Notes: generated from the sequence alone by a model not told the origin. 40,845 nt of DNA from an uncultured archaeon (GCA_964534625.1 CAZHRF010000030.1:1-40845); one strand, 5' to 3'; positions 27,490 through 37,222 are shown, numbered from the stretch's first letter. A program made the numbers and translations.

Positions 27490-28344
27490 ATGCACCCCAA
27501 TACTCCTGAAGAAGAGTTATTAGAAAAACTATTCCAAATCCATGATTTGTTTAATAAAATCAGAGGAAAACCAGATCCTAAATTGGACCAATATTTTGTC
27601 ACTAAAGAAACTGCTCTTCATAGGAGTTTATTGGTAGATCCAGACGAGTATAATAATTCGTGGGTTGCTTTTCTAGGGGATATGGATCTCATTTCAGTTT
27701 TTGTTGGTTTACAGTCAAAACCTAAAGACTTAGTTGTACTTGATATTGATAAGAGGATACCAGAAATAATTTTTAATTTGAAGATGAAACATAAAGTTAG
27801 GGGAGCCAGATATGTTAATCATGATATTAGACTGCGAATGTTGGCTGTGCTAAGGAATCAGTATGATTACATTTTTATGGAACCTCCAATGACAGTTGAA
27901 GGATTAGAAGTATATTTGTCTAGAGCAATACAATGTGCTAAAAAAGATGGAAATGCAAAGATTTTACTTTCCTTTGATATCCAAGATAAACTGACAGAAA
28001 AGATTGACTCTATTTTTAATGCTATGAATGTTGAGATATTGACGCATAAAAAACAATTCAACAAATATGCATATGAAACCCCTCTAGGGAAAAAAACTTC
28101 GGATATGTATGTTTTAAGAGTTCTGCCAAGATCTAAAGAGACAATTAAAGAACACTATTTTGGACCACTATATTTTAGAGAATCAAAAATAGAACCAAAA
28201 CCTTATCGGTGTAAATGCGGAAAAAGTATTCAAATCGGTAAAGAAGGGAAATATGAATCTTTATCGGATTTAAAAGAAGTAGGATGTCCAGAATGTGGGC
28301 ACAAAGATATTTTTGTTTTTGACTCTGATATAAAAATAGAATGA
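27490..28344 (+). CDS. BpsA/DUF43-like (branched-chain polyamine synthase family) protein with C-terminal Zn ribbon
   Basis: LDQYFVT.ET...R, FLGDMDLIS, LDIDKRI, HDIR, YDYIFMEPP.T.EGL..YLSRAI; CKC...CPEC. Confidence 0.75.
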   Translation: MHPNTPEEELLEKLFQIHDLFNKIRGKPDPKLDQYFVTKETALHRSLLVDPDEYNNSWVAFLGDMDLISVFVGLQSKPKDLVVLDIDKRIPEIIFNLKMKHKVRGARYVNHDIRLRMLAVLRNQYDYIFMEPPMTVEGLEVYLSRAIQCAKKDGNAKILLSFDIQDKLTEKIDSIFNAMNVEILTHKKQFNKYAYETPLGKKTSDMYVLRVLPRSKETIKEHYFGPLYFRESKIEPKPYRCKCGKSIQIGKEGKYESLSDLKEVGCPECGHKDIFVFDSDIKIE

Positions 28345-28394
28345 AAAAAAGCAATATTTTTTATTAGGTTCTATTATTTATAATTGGTGACTTT

Positions 28395-28760
28395 GTGCAA
28401 AGCTCAAATCAAGATAGTGAAACTTTTTGTGCAAATTGTAATAATAAAATACTTATGAATAAAGAAATTCTTTTTCATGGGTGCCCTATCTGTGGTTCAC
28501 ATAAGTTTAAGAAAAAGAGGATAATGACAGAAGACGAACGAATAGAAGAAGAATTTAGTTTGTACATTAATGAAGAAATGACGAAAGAAGAAATTGAAAA
28601 AGAAATCGAATCTATCCGTCTTACTGCAGATGGTACATTTGAATTAGATATAGACCAACTCCTCAAAGAAACAAGCGAACGAAAACCAATTATTAGCATG
28701 GATAGAGATGGTACGTTCCACATAAAATTAGAAGAAAAAGAGGATAAAGAAGATGTATAG
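28395..28760 (+). CDS. DUF2072 Zn-ribbon protein (OapC/ArvC-like)
   Basis: CANC...GCPICGSHKF, ESIR...GTFELDIDQLL, II...DGTFHI. Confidence 0.85.
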   Translation: MQSSNQDSETFCANCNNKILMNKEILFHGCPICGSHKFKKKRIMTEDERIEEEFSLYINEEMTKEEIEKEIESIRLTADGTFELDIDQLLKETSERKPIISMDRDGTFHIKLEEKEDKEDV

Positions 28761-28825
28761 GAAGAAAATGTTACAGTTCAAAAGATTTTAAATAATATAT
28801 TTTAAACTCCACTCGAGGTATTAAA

Positions 28826-29464
28826 TTGGTTACTAAAGAACAAGAGATGAAGCAAGACAGAATAGTCACTGGTATCCGGGAAATTTTGAAGTTTAGAGAA
28901 TTTGATATTAAAGATGTAAAAGAAGATAAAGAAGTCATGGATATCGTAGCAGAGAAACAAACTGCTGATGGAGATACTGTTAAATTACTTACTAGATTTC
29001 CCAAAGTTGGTAGTTTAGGTGTTGCAGTTGTTAGAGAATTAGAGGCGTATAGAAAAGAAAATGATTTTGACCAAGCTATTCTTGTTGCAAGAAAAAAAGT
29101 AACCCATTACGCACGTAAAGAATCCATCAAATGTGGTGTGGAAATTCTTAGTGCAGCCAATCCTTTGTTCAACATTTTTGATCATGATCTAGTACCAAGA
29201 CATATTATATTAGAAAAAGATGAGGAAGAACAAGTATTAGAGAAATATCAAGTAAAAAAGTATCAGCTTCCAAAAATATTGGATTCAGATCCAGCTGTTA
29301 AAGCTATTCAAGCAAAAGCAGGAAATGTTCTCAGAATAGAAAGAAACCCAAAATTAATGGAAGAAGGAAATTATTACAGATTGGTCATTAAATCTCAATC
29401 AAGATTAAGATTAAAAAAGAAAAGAAAAAAGTCTAAATCTGAAGAAAAAGATGATGAAAATTGA
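28826..29464 (+). CDS. rpo5: RNA polymerase subunit Rpo5 with N-terminal Rpb5 jaw-like domain
   Basis: NIFDHDLVPRH, QLPKILDSDP, GNVLRIER, YYRLV; about 110 aa N-terminal extension and a Lys-rich tail. Confidence 0.93.
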   Translation: MVTKEQEMKQDRIVTGIREILKFREFDIKDVKEDKEVMDIVAEKQTADGDTVKLLTRFPKVGSLGVAVVRELEAYRKENDFDQAILVARKKVTHYARKESIKCGVEILSAANPLFNIFDHDLVPRHIILEKDEEEQVLEKYQVKKYQLPKILDSDPAVKAIQAKAGNVLRIERNPKLMEEGNYYRLVIKSQSRLRLKKKRKKSKSEEKDDEN

Positions 29465-29470
29465 TAGCCT

Positions 29471-30403
29471 ATGATTACTTTTCTATCTGGTGGTACAGGA
29501 ACACCGAAATTAATACAAGGGTTTAGATCGATAGTTGATGATAGTCAAATTGCCGTTATTGCAAATTCTGCAGACAATATTGAAATGTTTGGTCTTTACA
29601 TTACACCTGACATAGATACGATTTTATACTTATTTTCCGATATTCTCGACACCACCAAAATGTGGGGAATAAAAAATGAAACATTGGAAACACATACTTT
29701 TTTACAAAAACTTACCAAAACAGCATGGTTCATGTTAGGAGACAAAGATTTAGCCGTTCATATGATACGATCAAAATTATGGAGGAAAGGAGAGAGCCTC
29801 TCAACTATTACAGATTACCTTACCAAATTATTTTCGGTTTCAGCAAACATTATACCTTCAACAGACAATCATATAGAAACAAGAATTCAATTGAAAAATG
29901 GCAAGGATATACATTTCCAAGAGTTTTGGGTTAAACATAGAGGAAAAGTAGAAATAAAAGATATATATGTTAAAAATTTGAAAAAAGCAAAAATACCCCC
30001 ACGCATTGATAATATATTAAAAAAATCGGAAATTATAATCATCGGACCAAGCAATCCAATAACAAGTATAGGTCCCATGTTACAAATTAAAGAATTAAGA
30101 AGATTACTCAAAAAGAATAAACATAAAACAATAGCTATAAGTCCAATTATTGGTCATGCAGCAATAAGTGGTCCTGCAGCAGCATTGATGAATGCAAAAG
30201 GGATTGAAGCAACTGCATTAGGTACAGCTTCTTATTACAAAGAGTTTATTACAAAATTTTACATAGATACTAAAGATACAAAGAAAAAAAAACAGATTGA
30301 AAGAGAAACAGGATTAGAATTAGGAGTCCATGATATCATTTTTAATGCAAAGGAAAAAACAAAAAGTTTTGCAGAAATAATTTTGAAGGAGTATAGTAAG
30401 TAA
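29471..30403 (+). CDS. cofD: 2-phospho-L-lactate transferase
   Basis: LSGGTGTPKL, PDIDT, LGDKD, HFQEFWV, GPSNPITSIGP, SGPA. Confidence 0.95.
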   Translation: MITFLSGGTGTPKLIQGFRSIVDDSQIAVIANSADNIEMFGLYITPDIDTILYLFSDILDTTKMWGIKNETLETHTFLQKLTKTAWFMLGDKDLAVHMIRSKLWRKGESLSTITDYLTKLFSVSANIIPSTDNHIETRIQLKNGKDIHFQEFWVKHRGKVEIKDIYVKNLKKAKIPPRIDNILKKSEIIIIGPSNPITSIGPMLQIKELRRLLKKNKHKTIAISPIIGHAAISGPAAALMNAKGIEATALGTASYYKEFITKFYIDTKDTKKKKQIERETGLELGVHDIIFNAKEKTKSFAEIILKEYSK

Positions 30404-31188
30404 TGACGAAAAAAAGCCTTTTCACACCACCTATTGCACAAGCGGCAATTGGAGGATGGGCTAATGGAAAATTTTGTCAAGAGTTACTTAATATAAATTT
30501 GGGTATGGTAACATTAGGGGGATACGGTCTTTGTGAGAGAAATATTCAAGCTACGCAGAAGATTATTGAGCGAGGAAGAAAAGAGCTTATATTTCCTTAT
30601 GACCTTGATAAATTCAAATTTTGGACTGCAAAAAATCTTTCACTCAAAAAGAAACTAGTTACACAAAAAATCGCCATTAATGTACGAATTAACAACATTA
30701 CTGATAATACACTAACTAGAATAAAATCCATTAGTGCGTATGTTGATTTTTTCGAATTTAATGCGCATTGTAGGCAACCTGAAGTTCTTTCGATTAATGG
30801 GGGACAAACTTTTGTTGAAGATTTAGATAGACTCGATAGTATATTAGAAGAATTAAATCAGAAAGCAAATTTCAAACCATGGGGAATAAAAATTCGCGGA
30901 TTCAAAGTTTCAAATACTTTAAAATTAATCAAAATTTTAGAATCTAATAACATTATGTATTTGCATATTGATATGATGCTACCAGACGAGCCTAAAAGTG
31001 ATTTATCTATTCTTACCCAGTATACTAAACTAACAGATATACCTATAATTGCGAATAATTCTATCCGAACTGCTACTGATATCAAAGAAAGACTAAAAAA
31101 TGGTGCAACAGCAGTCTCTATGGCAAGACCATTTTTGAAAACAAACAACGAAAAGATTTGTAAATTAATAGAGATAATGGATGGATAA
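30403..31188 (+). CDS. MJ0144-like / Dus-like TIM-barrel protein
   Basis: LGGY, EFNAHCRQPE, KIR, LHID.M, IIANNSI, GATAVSMAR. Confidence 0.8.
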   Translation: MTKKSLFTPPIAQAAIGGWANGKFCQELLNINLGMVTLGGYGLCERNIQATQKIIERGRKELIFPYDLDKFKFWTAKNLSLKKKLVTQKIAINVRINNITDNTLTRIKSISAYVDFFEFNAHCRQPEVLSINGGQTFVEDLDRLDSILEELNQKANFKPWGIKIRGFKVSNTLKLIKILESNNIMYLHIDMMLPDEPKSDLSILTQYTKLTDIPIIANNSIRTATDIKERLKNGATAVSMARPFLKTNNEKICKLIEIMDG

Positions 31189-31190
31189 TA

Positions 31191-31808
31191 ATGACTCTAG
31201 GTATAATAATCCCTTTCAGAGGAACACAAAAGGACAAGAGCAGACTTAGAGAAAACATGGATGATCAATTGGTGAATGAGTTGCTTAAAGAGATGTTTAT
31301 CCATGTTTTGAATGAAGTTGTCAAAATTAAATTCGATAAAACCGTCTATATTCTAACAACGAAAAAACAATTGAATTTTTGTAAATATAAACATGAAATA
31401 ATAAATGATACAGGAGACAATTTAAACAAATCATTAATAGAAGCGATTAGACAAGTTAAAGAAGAAATAATTGTTATACTCATGGCAGATCTACCCCTAG
31501 TTACTAAAAAAGAAATCCTTGCCACAATCCAAAATCTTCAACACTATGATGTTGTTATTGCTCCCTCTAATGACAAAGGGACAAGTATCTTAGCATTTAA
31601 ACGAAGCATTGACTTTCCGTTCCTTTTTGGAAAGAATTCTTCTTTAAACTTTATGAAATACTTTAAAAAAACAGGACATAAAGTGAAAATGTTGAAATAC
31701 TCACAAAGATTTAGAGATATAGACACCTTTAAAGACATTCTTCACCTTCAGAATATTATGACACATTCTGATGAGTTTGCAGATACAATTCAAGGAAGAT
31801 GTGATTAA
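31191..31808 (+). CDS. cofC: 2-phospho-L-lactate/PEP guanylyltransferase
   Basis: IIIPF...KSRL, LNKSL, LMADLP, PSNDKGT, FG..S, DIDT..D. Confidence 0.88.
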   Translation: MTLGIIIPFRGTQKDKSRLRENMDDQLVNELLKEMFIHVLNEVVKIKFDKTVYILTTKKQLNFCKYKHEIINDTGDNLNKSLIEAIRQVKEEIIVILMADLPLVTKKEILATIQNLQHYDVVIAPSNDKGTSILAFKRSIDFPFLFGKNSSLNFMKYFKKTGHKVKMLKYSQRFRDIDTFKDILHLQNIMTHSDEFADTIQGRCD

Positions 31809-31809
31809 A

Positions 31810-32955
31810 TTGCAGGAAAAGATTGATAGAGTCAAAGAAGTTTTAAAAAAACATGAGATAGATGCATGGGTAATATTTTGTCATCACTCGCATGATATAC
31901 ATGCAAAATATCTTTTAGAGAAATGGTTGGCAAGTAGTACTATGATTATAGTTCCACAAATTGGAGAACCCAAAGTTATTACTTCACCTATGGAATCGAT
32001 GATGATTAATGATCAAGTATTTAGTGTCAATACCTATCAAAGCACAGAAGAGCTTGTGGGTTCAATTAAAAAATCATTAGCTGAATTTGAGAAAGGATCA
32101 AAAATTGCTCTAAATTTTGCTGATGAAGATGTCATGAAAAACTTAAATAGAGATATCCTCCCCTACGGTACTTTTAAAGAGTTAACTAGTTTTAACTCTG
32201 ATCTTACCTATGTTTCAGCCAAGGATGTCATATACGACATTAGGAGTGTTAAAACACAAGAGGAGATTAATAAACATAAAACAGCTGTAAGACTTGCTGA
32301 AGAGTTAATGCAAGACATTGTAGAACCAGCTATTAAACCAGGAAAAACTGAGAACGAGATAGCAGCTTTAATTGAGTATGAATGTAATAAAAGAGGAGGT
32401 GTGGCATTTGATCCTATTGTTGCTTCTGGAGCAAATGCAGCAGTACCTCATCATCATGCTAGCGAGAAGAAAATAGAAAAAAATAATGTCTTACTAATTG
32501 ATTATGGAGTTGCTTATAAATTCTCTAATAGTGATATAACTCATACTTATTGGATTGGACCAAATGATCCATCTGAAGATGTTTTAAGGGCATATGAAGC
32601 TGTTGACAAAGCTAAAACGGCAGCATTTAATAAAATAAAAGCTGGGGTCATAGCAGCAGATGTCGAAACAGCTGTAAGATCTGTTTTTGAAGAGTATGGG
32701 TATGATCATGAAAAACTATTTATGCACTCTACAGGTCATCCGCTAGGTATTGAAACTCACGATATAGGTGTAGGTATAAGAAGAGCCGCTTCAGATGGAA
32801 CGAGTCACCCACTAATTGAGAATTCAGTTATCACAGTCGAACCTGGGTTGTATTTCCCAGACAAATTTGGCATAAGACTTGAAGATGACATTGTAGTTAC
32901 AAATGACGGTATGATAAGGTTATCGCATACTCCATCTGAGATGAGAATATTATAA
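31810..32955 (+). CDS. pepQ: Xaa-Pro peptidase (M24B)
   Basis: RSVKT.EEI, VPHH, IDYG...SDIT.T, HSTGH.LGIETHD, TVEPGLY, GIRLEDD; the ORF is open from 31771 and TTG 31810 was chosen because it follows the cofC stop. Confidence 0.92.
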   Translation: MQEKIDRVKEVLKKHEIDAWVIFCHHSHDIHAKYLLEKWLASSTMIIVPQIGEPKVITSPMESMMINDQVFSVNTYQSTEELVGSIKKSLAEFEKGSKIALNFADEDVMKNLNRDILPYGTFKELTSFNSDLTYVSAKDVIYDIRSVKTQEEINKHKTAVRLAEELMQDIVEPAIKPGKTENEIAALIEYECNKRGGVAFDPIVASGANAAVPHHHASEKKIEKNNVLLIDYGVAYKFSNSDITHTYWIGPNDPSEDVLRAYEAVDKAKTAAFNKIKAGVIAADVETAVRSVFEEYGYDHEKLFMHSTGHPLGIETHDIGVGIRRAASDGTSHPLIENSVITVEPGLYFPDKFGIRLEDDIVVTNDGMIRLSHTPSEMRIL

Positions 32956-32986
32956 TTTGAATTTTTACTTTTTTGCGTTTTTTTAT

Positions 32987-34399
32987 TTGAACGTCTTCTT
33001 GAAAACCCCGTCCTTGAGGGCGGGGATGAAAAGAAGAAAAAACAATACACGTTTTAGCATACAAACATTTTTGAATAAAAAAAACTAAGAGAAGGATGAA
33101 ATGAAGGTCAACAGAGCATATAAGGTGAGAATATACCCAACAGAAGAACAAGAACAGATGCTCATAAAGACCTTCGGGTGTTGTAGGTTCCTCTGGAATA
33201 ACATGCTAGCGGAACGAAAAGAGATATACGAAAAACTAAAAGACAACAAAGAAGAACTGTACGAGTACACCTATAAAACAGAAAAGGAGTATAAACAAGC
33301 GTATACGTTCCTGAAAGACGTGGGGAGTAGGGCGTTACAAGAAGAACGAATACACCTAGAACGGGCATTCAAAGAGTTTTTCAAAGGAACACGGGGATAC
33401 CCCAAGTTTAAGTCCAAGAAACACCCTCGTCAAAGTTTTACGACCTACAATGTTAACAACAACGTAAAGATAGATTTTAAGAAAAAGAAGATTAAAGTAC
33501 CCAAAATTAAGCAATGGTTCAAGTATAGAGACAACAGAATCTTTACTGAACCGATTAAAATTAGTACCATCTCGAAAACCAAGAGTGGAAAGTATTATAT
33601 TTCACTCGTAATAGAAAAAGAAAACAATACACCAAAAAAAACAACAGTCAATAAACATAAAATTATAGCGGTAGATATGTCCGCGACACACTTTTTAGTG
33701 TCAAGAAAGTTCAAACTCACTAATCCACGTTTCTATAGGAAAGAAGAAAAGAAAATTAAACGATTACACCGGTTGGGTAGCACGGAAAAAGAAAGGGTCA
33801 AAAAATAGGACTAAAGCAAGAATAAGGTTAGCCAGAACGTATGAGACCATCAATAATAAACGGAAGGATTATCTACATAAACTCACTACCTGGTTAACCA
33901 CCACCTATGATGTCGTTATCATTGAAGACCTTAACCTTACAGGTATACAACAATTTAATGGTGGCATAAGTAAGTCCGTTACGTTGGATTTTTCGTGGGG
34001 AGAGTTTGTCCGTTTACTTGCGTATAAACTTGAAGAACGGGGAAAGTATCTTATAAAGGTAGACCGTTTCTTTCCTTCCAGTAAGCAGTGTTCAACGTGT
34101 GGATATATCCACAAACGCTTACGTTTATCTGACCGCACCTGGGTTTGTCCTTCTTGTTCTACTACCCATGATAGGGATACTAATGCTAGTTATAATTTGT
34201 TTGTTGAAGGTTGTCGCCTTCTTACTACTCATCATCATTGTACCGTAGGTACTACGGGAACGTACGCTTGTGGAGAAGTTGTCATTCCTCTGCGTTTTCT
34301 CTATTACCATTTGTTTGGTCATAGTATTCGCTATTCTTTTTCTTTTGAGGTTGCTTCTATGAAACAAGAAACTCCATCCTTGAGGGTGGGGTAGTTCAT
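32987..34399 (+). mobile_element. IS200/IS605 family element carrying tnpB only (IS1341-like)
   Basis: Left-end hairpin CCCCGTCCTTGAGGGCGGGG, right-end hairpin CTCCATCCTTGAGGGTGGGG followed by TAGTTCAT; no tnpA. Confidence 0.88.
33101..34394 (+). pseudogene. tnpB: TnpB RNA-guided endonuclease with a +1 frameshift near 33773
   Basis: RAYKVRIYPT, FGCCRFLWN, YPKFKSK, IAVD (RuvC-I); removing one base at about 33773 gives WVARKKKGSKNRTKAR...IIEDL...PSSKQCSTCG...CPSC..HDRDTNAS. Confidence 0.9.
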
Positions 34400-34504
34400 C
34401 GTTTCACTCAATTCTTTAAATAGGTCGTGTTTGTGCAAAAATAGAATTTATATAAGCAATTTATAAATGTATATCACAAACAAAGAAACTATGTTTACTT
34501 TGAG

Positions 34505-35593
34505 GTGCAAATTTTGTTTATAGCTGGCACATCTTTCAAAAATTGGATACGACTGTTATGGAAAAATAAATTTAAAGTCTCGAATAAGAATATTCTTACT
34601 GTAATTTTTATTTCAATAACCACACTTTTATTAGCACCCTTAAGACTGTATGAATACTTAAGATACAGAAAAAGGATTAGAAAAACTAAAATTGAAAAAC
34701 CACCAATTTTCATTGTTGGTCATTGGCGAAGTGGTACCACTCATCTTCATAATTTATTAACGCAAGATGAGAGATTAGGGTATCTTACATATGCAGAAGG
34801 AACTTTTCCATATATATTTCTATCAAGTTATAAATTTACCAAAAAGATTATGAAGAAAGCATTACCTTCAAAACGACCTTCAGATAATGTTAAACTAGAT
34901 CCAGATAAACCGATTGAACATGATTGGAGTATATCTAATTTATGCCTTCTCTCGCCGTATTCAGGCGTTTATTTCCCAAATACAGGCGAAATTTTTTATG
35001 AAAAATATGGAACATTCGAAAAAGCCAATAAAAGAGAAATAAGAAAGTGGAAAAAGACTTTCAAACATCTCTTAAAAAAATTAACTTTAAAGAAAAATGG
35101 CAAGCAACTTGTTTTAAAATCCCCGCCAGATACATTCAGAGTTAAATTGATTCACGAGCTATTTCCTAATGCAAAATTTATTCATATTTATAGAAACCCC
35201 TATCATGTGTTTTTCTCCACAAAGAAGCTTCACACAAAAAATACGGATCTATACATGCTTCAAGAACCCGAGAGAGATGTTGACAAATTCACCTATGAAA
35301 TGTATACTAAGATGTACAAAAAATTCTATGACGATATCGAAGAGATTCCTGGGGAGAATATTATAGAGATTAGTTATGAAGAACTAATACACAAACCCAT
35401 TGAATCTTTGGAAAGAATTTACTCTTCATTATCTTTACCAGATATCGAAAAGGCGAAAAAAGAGATCAAACAGTATTTAGACACCATAGCGGATTATCAA
35501 CCCTCCAAATATAATATTTCTAAAGAAAAGATGGAAGAAATTTATTCCCATTGGCATCAAACTATTAATAGATGGGAATATGAAAAACCTTGA
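34505..35593 (+). CDS. Sulfotransferase family protein
   Basis: PIFIVGHWRSGTTHLHNLL (PAPS-binding loop), LVLKSP, FIHIYRNP...S, YEEL. Confidence 0.92.
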   Translation: MQILFIAGTSFKNWIRLLWKNKFKVSNKNILTVIFISITTLLLAPLRLYEYLRYRKRIRKTKIEKPPIFIVGHWRSGTTHLHNLLTQDERLGYLTYAEGTFPYIFLSSYKFTKKIMKKALPSKRPSDNVKLDPDKPIEHDWSISNLCLLSPYSGVYFPNTGEIFYEKYGTFEKANKREIRKWKKTFKHLLKKLTLKKNGKQLVLKSPPDTFRVKLIHELFPNAKFIHIYRNPYHVFFSTKKLHTKNTDLYMLQEPERDVDKFTYEMYTKMYKKFYDDIEEIPGENIIEISYEELIHKPIESLERIYSSLSLPDIEKAKKEIKQYLDTIADYQPSKYNISKEKMEEIYSHWHQTINRWEYEKP

Positions 35594-35686
35594 AAATTTT
35601 GATTTTCCTTTCTCTAAGGTGTAATACCCAGATGTTATTACGGTGATATTCACCCTTTTTGTTTTATTCATTCTTTTTGTTTTAAG

Positions 35687-36310
35687 GTGAATAATTTGGC
35701 CACATGGAAATTATGGCTTCGAGATAGAGAAAAAAAAGTCAATTTAGGATTCTATGGTGAGGTTAATGCAGGTAAAACAACTCTTGCTAACCGTATAGGT
35801 AAAGATTGGGCAAATAAGGAGGTTGGTATTGTTAGTGAAATACCTCATGAAACCCGAGAAATACAAAAATTAGAAAGTGTGAAATTTGAAAGTGAAAAAA
35901 CACATTTGGATTTAACCCTTATCGATATGCCAGGGATTTGTACCACAGTTGACCCTAAGGTGTTCATGAAACACGGTTTAAGTGCTAAGGAAGCCATGAA
36001 ACGAGCGAAGGAGGCTACAAGAGGTATTGTGGAAGCCATTAAATATTTAGAAAATGTTGATGTTGCGTTAGTTGTAGTTGATGCTACAAAAACACCTTTT
36101 GATCAAGTAAATTTCACGATTCTAGGAAATTTGGAACATCAAAATAAAAGGTTCATAATTGTAGCCAATAAAATTGACTTACCAGGAGCAGATTCAGAAA
36201 AAGTATTAGATGCTTTTAGTGATTATCCGACAGTACCTATTAGTGCGCTCAATGGCGATGGTGTTGAGCAATTATATGAAAAGATTGCAGATTTATCAAA
36301 GAAGGTGTGA
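35687..36310 (+). CDS. Era-like small GTPase (OapA/ArvA)
   Basis: GEVNAGKTTLANRI, SEIPHETRE, DMPG, RAKEATRGIVEAIK, ANKID, ISAL; the start may be TTG 35696. Confidence 0.9.
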   Translation: MNNLATWKLWLRDREKKVNLGFYGEVNAGKTTLANRIGKDWANKEVGIVSEIPHETREIQKLESVKFESEKTHLDLTLIDMPGICTTVDPKVFMKHGLSAKEAMKRAKEATRGIVEAIKYLENVDVALVVVDATKTPFDQVNFTILGNLEHQNKRFIIVANKIDLPGADSEKVLDAFSDYPTVPISALNGDGVEQLYEKIADLSKKV

Positions 36311-36316
36311 TGTTAA

Positions 36317-36664
36317 ATGACATTCGAGATCAATTTTATTCCCAATACAGAAACGGAAGCATTAGAAATGGAAGAAAAGATCAACTATATTCTTGAAAGA
36401 GTAACAAAGAAGAAGATTTTAGTTCTTGAAAATGGTCTAACATCGCAAGAAGAGTTCAGTTTAATCAAGAATACAATGCAAAGAATTAATTATAAAGACT
36501 TTGTAGGAATTAAGCTTGAAACATTTAGTGGCGGGGAAACGGTTAAAAAGTCACTTTTTAGTTCAACAGCTAAAAAATCTATATTCACAATTATTGCCCC
36601 TGAACAAGCAGTAAATGTACTAAAAGATGATAAAGGTATTTTGTCATTAAAAATAGGTAGATAA
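36317..36664 (+). CDS. DUF2073 protein (OapB/ArvB-like)
   Basis: EKINYIL..V....ILVLENGLT.QEE..LI..TM..I....FVGI, TIIAP; directly downstream of oapA. Confidence 0.85.
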   Translation: MTFEINFIPNTETEALEMEEKINYILERVTKKKILVLENGLTSQEEFSLIKNTMQRINYKDFVGIKLETFSGGETVKKSLFSSTAKKSIFTIIAPEQAVNVLKDDKGILSLKIGR

Positions 36665-36666
36665 AA

Positions 36667-37161
36667 CTATTTCTCCACTATTTTTTCTATTTTTTCGAAG
36701 AGTTGTGATTTATTTACATCTGTATAAACTACTTCTACTAAGTCTTCACCATATAAATGTAACATATCTGTTAAAATTACTTCCATGATTTCAGCTTGTA
36801 CATTTTCAGCAACTTTTTCATCACTATAATTTCTTTGTTGTAATCGTTGTCTCAATTGCTGAATAGAGCACCTGAGGACGATACATTTTTTTAAGTACTT
36901 TTTATCTATAATTGCCACATGTCCATCAATAACTATAGGAAGACTTTTTTCATTATTAAGGATTAATGCATGTAATACTTGAGACAACTGCTTTTCAGCC
37001 ACAACATAACAATCTCTATCATTGTCATACTCTTCATATAATTGCTCTTCTTGTACAAGTTCTGTTGTATTAACTATAACATAACCCTTTTTTTTAAGAT
37101 ATAATGCAATAGTGGTTTTACCTGTACCAGGAGTACCAGTAAGTAATATTGCTTTTTTCAT
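36667..37161 (-). CDS. Adenylate kinase 6 / Fap7-like ATPase
   Basis: TGTPGTGKTT, VIDGH, VLRC, RL..R.YS..KV.ENVQAEI. Confidence 0.92.
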   Translation of the reverse strand: MKKAILLTGTPGTGKTTIALYLKKKGYVIVNTTELVQEEQLYEEYDNDRDCYVVAEKQLSQVLHALILNNEKSLPIVIDGHVAIIDKKYLKKCIVLRCSIQQLRQRLQQRNYSDEKVAENVQAEIMEVILTDMLHLYGEDLVEVVYTDVNKSQLFEKIEKIVEK

Positions 37162-37222
37162 GAGTTTCCAAGCCTGTTTTTGTGTTCATTAGATTTTAGA
37201 CTCTCAAAAGACAAAAATAGAT

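Noticed and set aside
33770-33810. Programmed ribosomal frameshift in tnpB
   Set aside because: A-rich runs exist, but homology shifts at about 33773, before them, and would need a +1 shift. TnpB is not known to need frameshifting, so a simple insertion is more parsimonious
35593-35690. Replication origin next to oapA
   Set aside because: The gap is under 100 bp, with no recognisable ORB repeats and no cdc6/orc1 in the window
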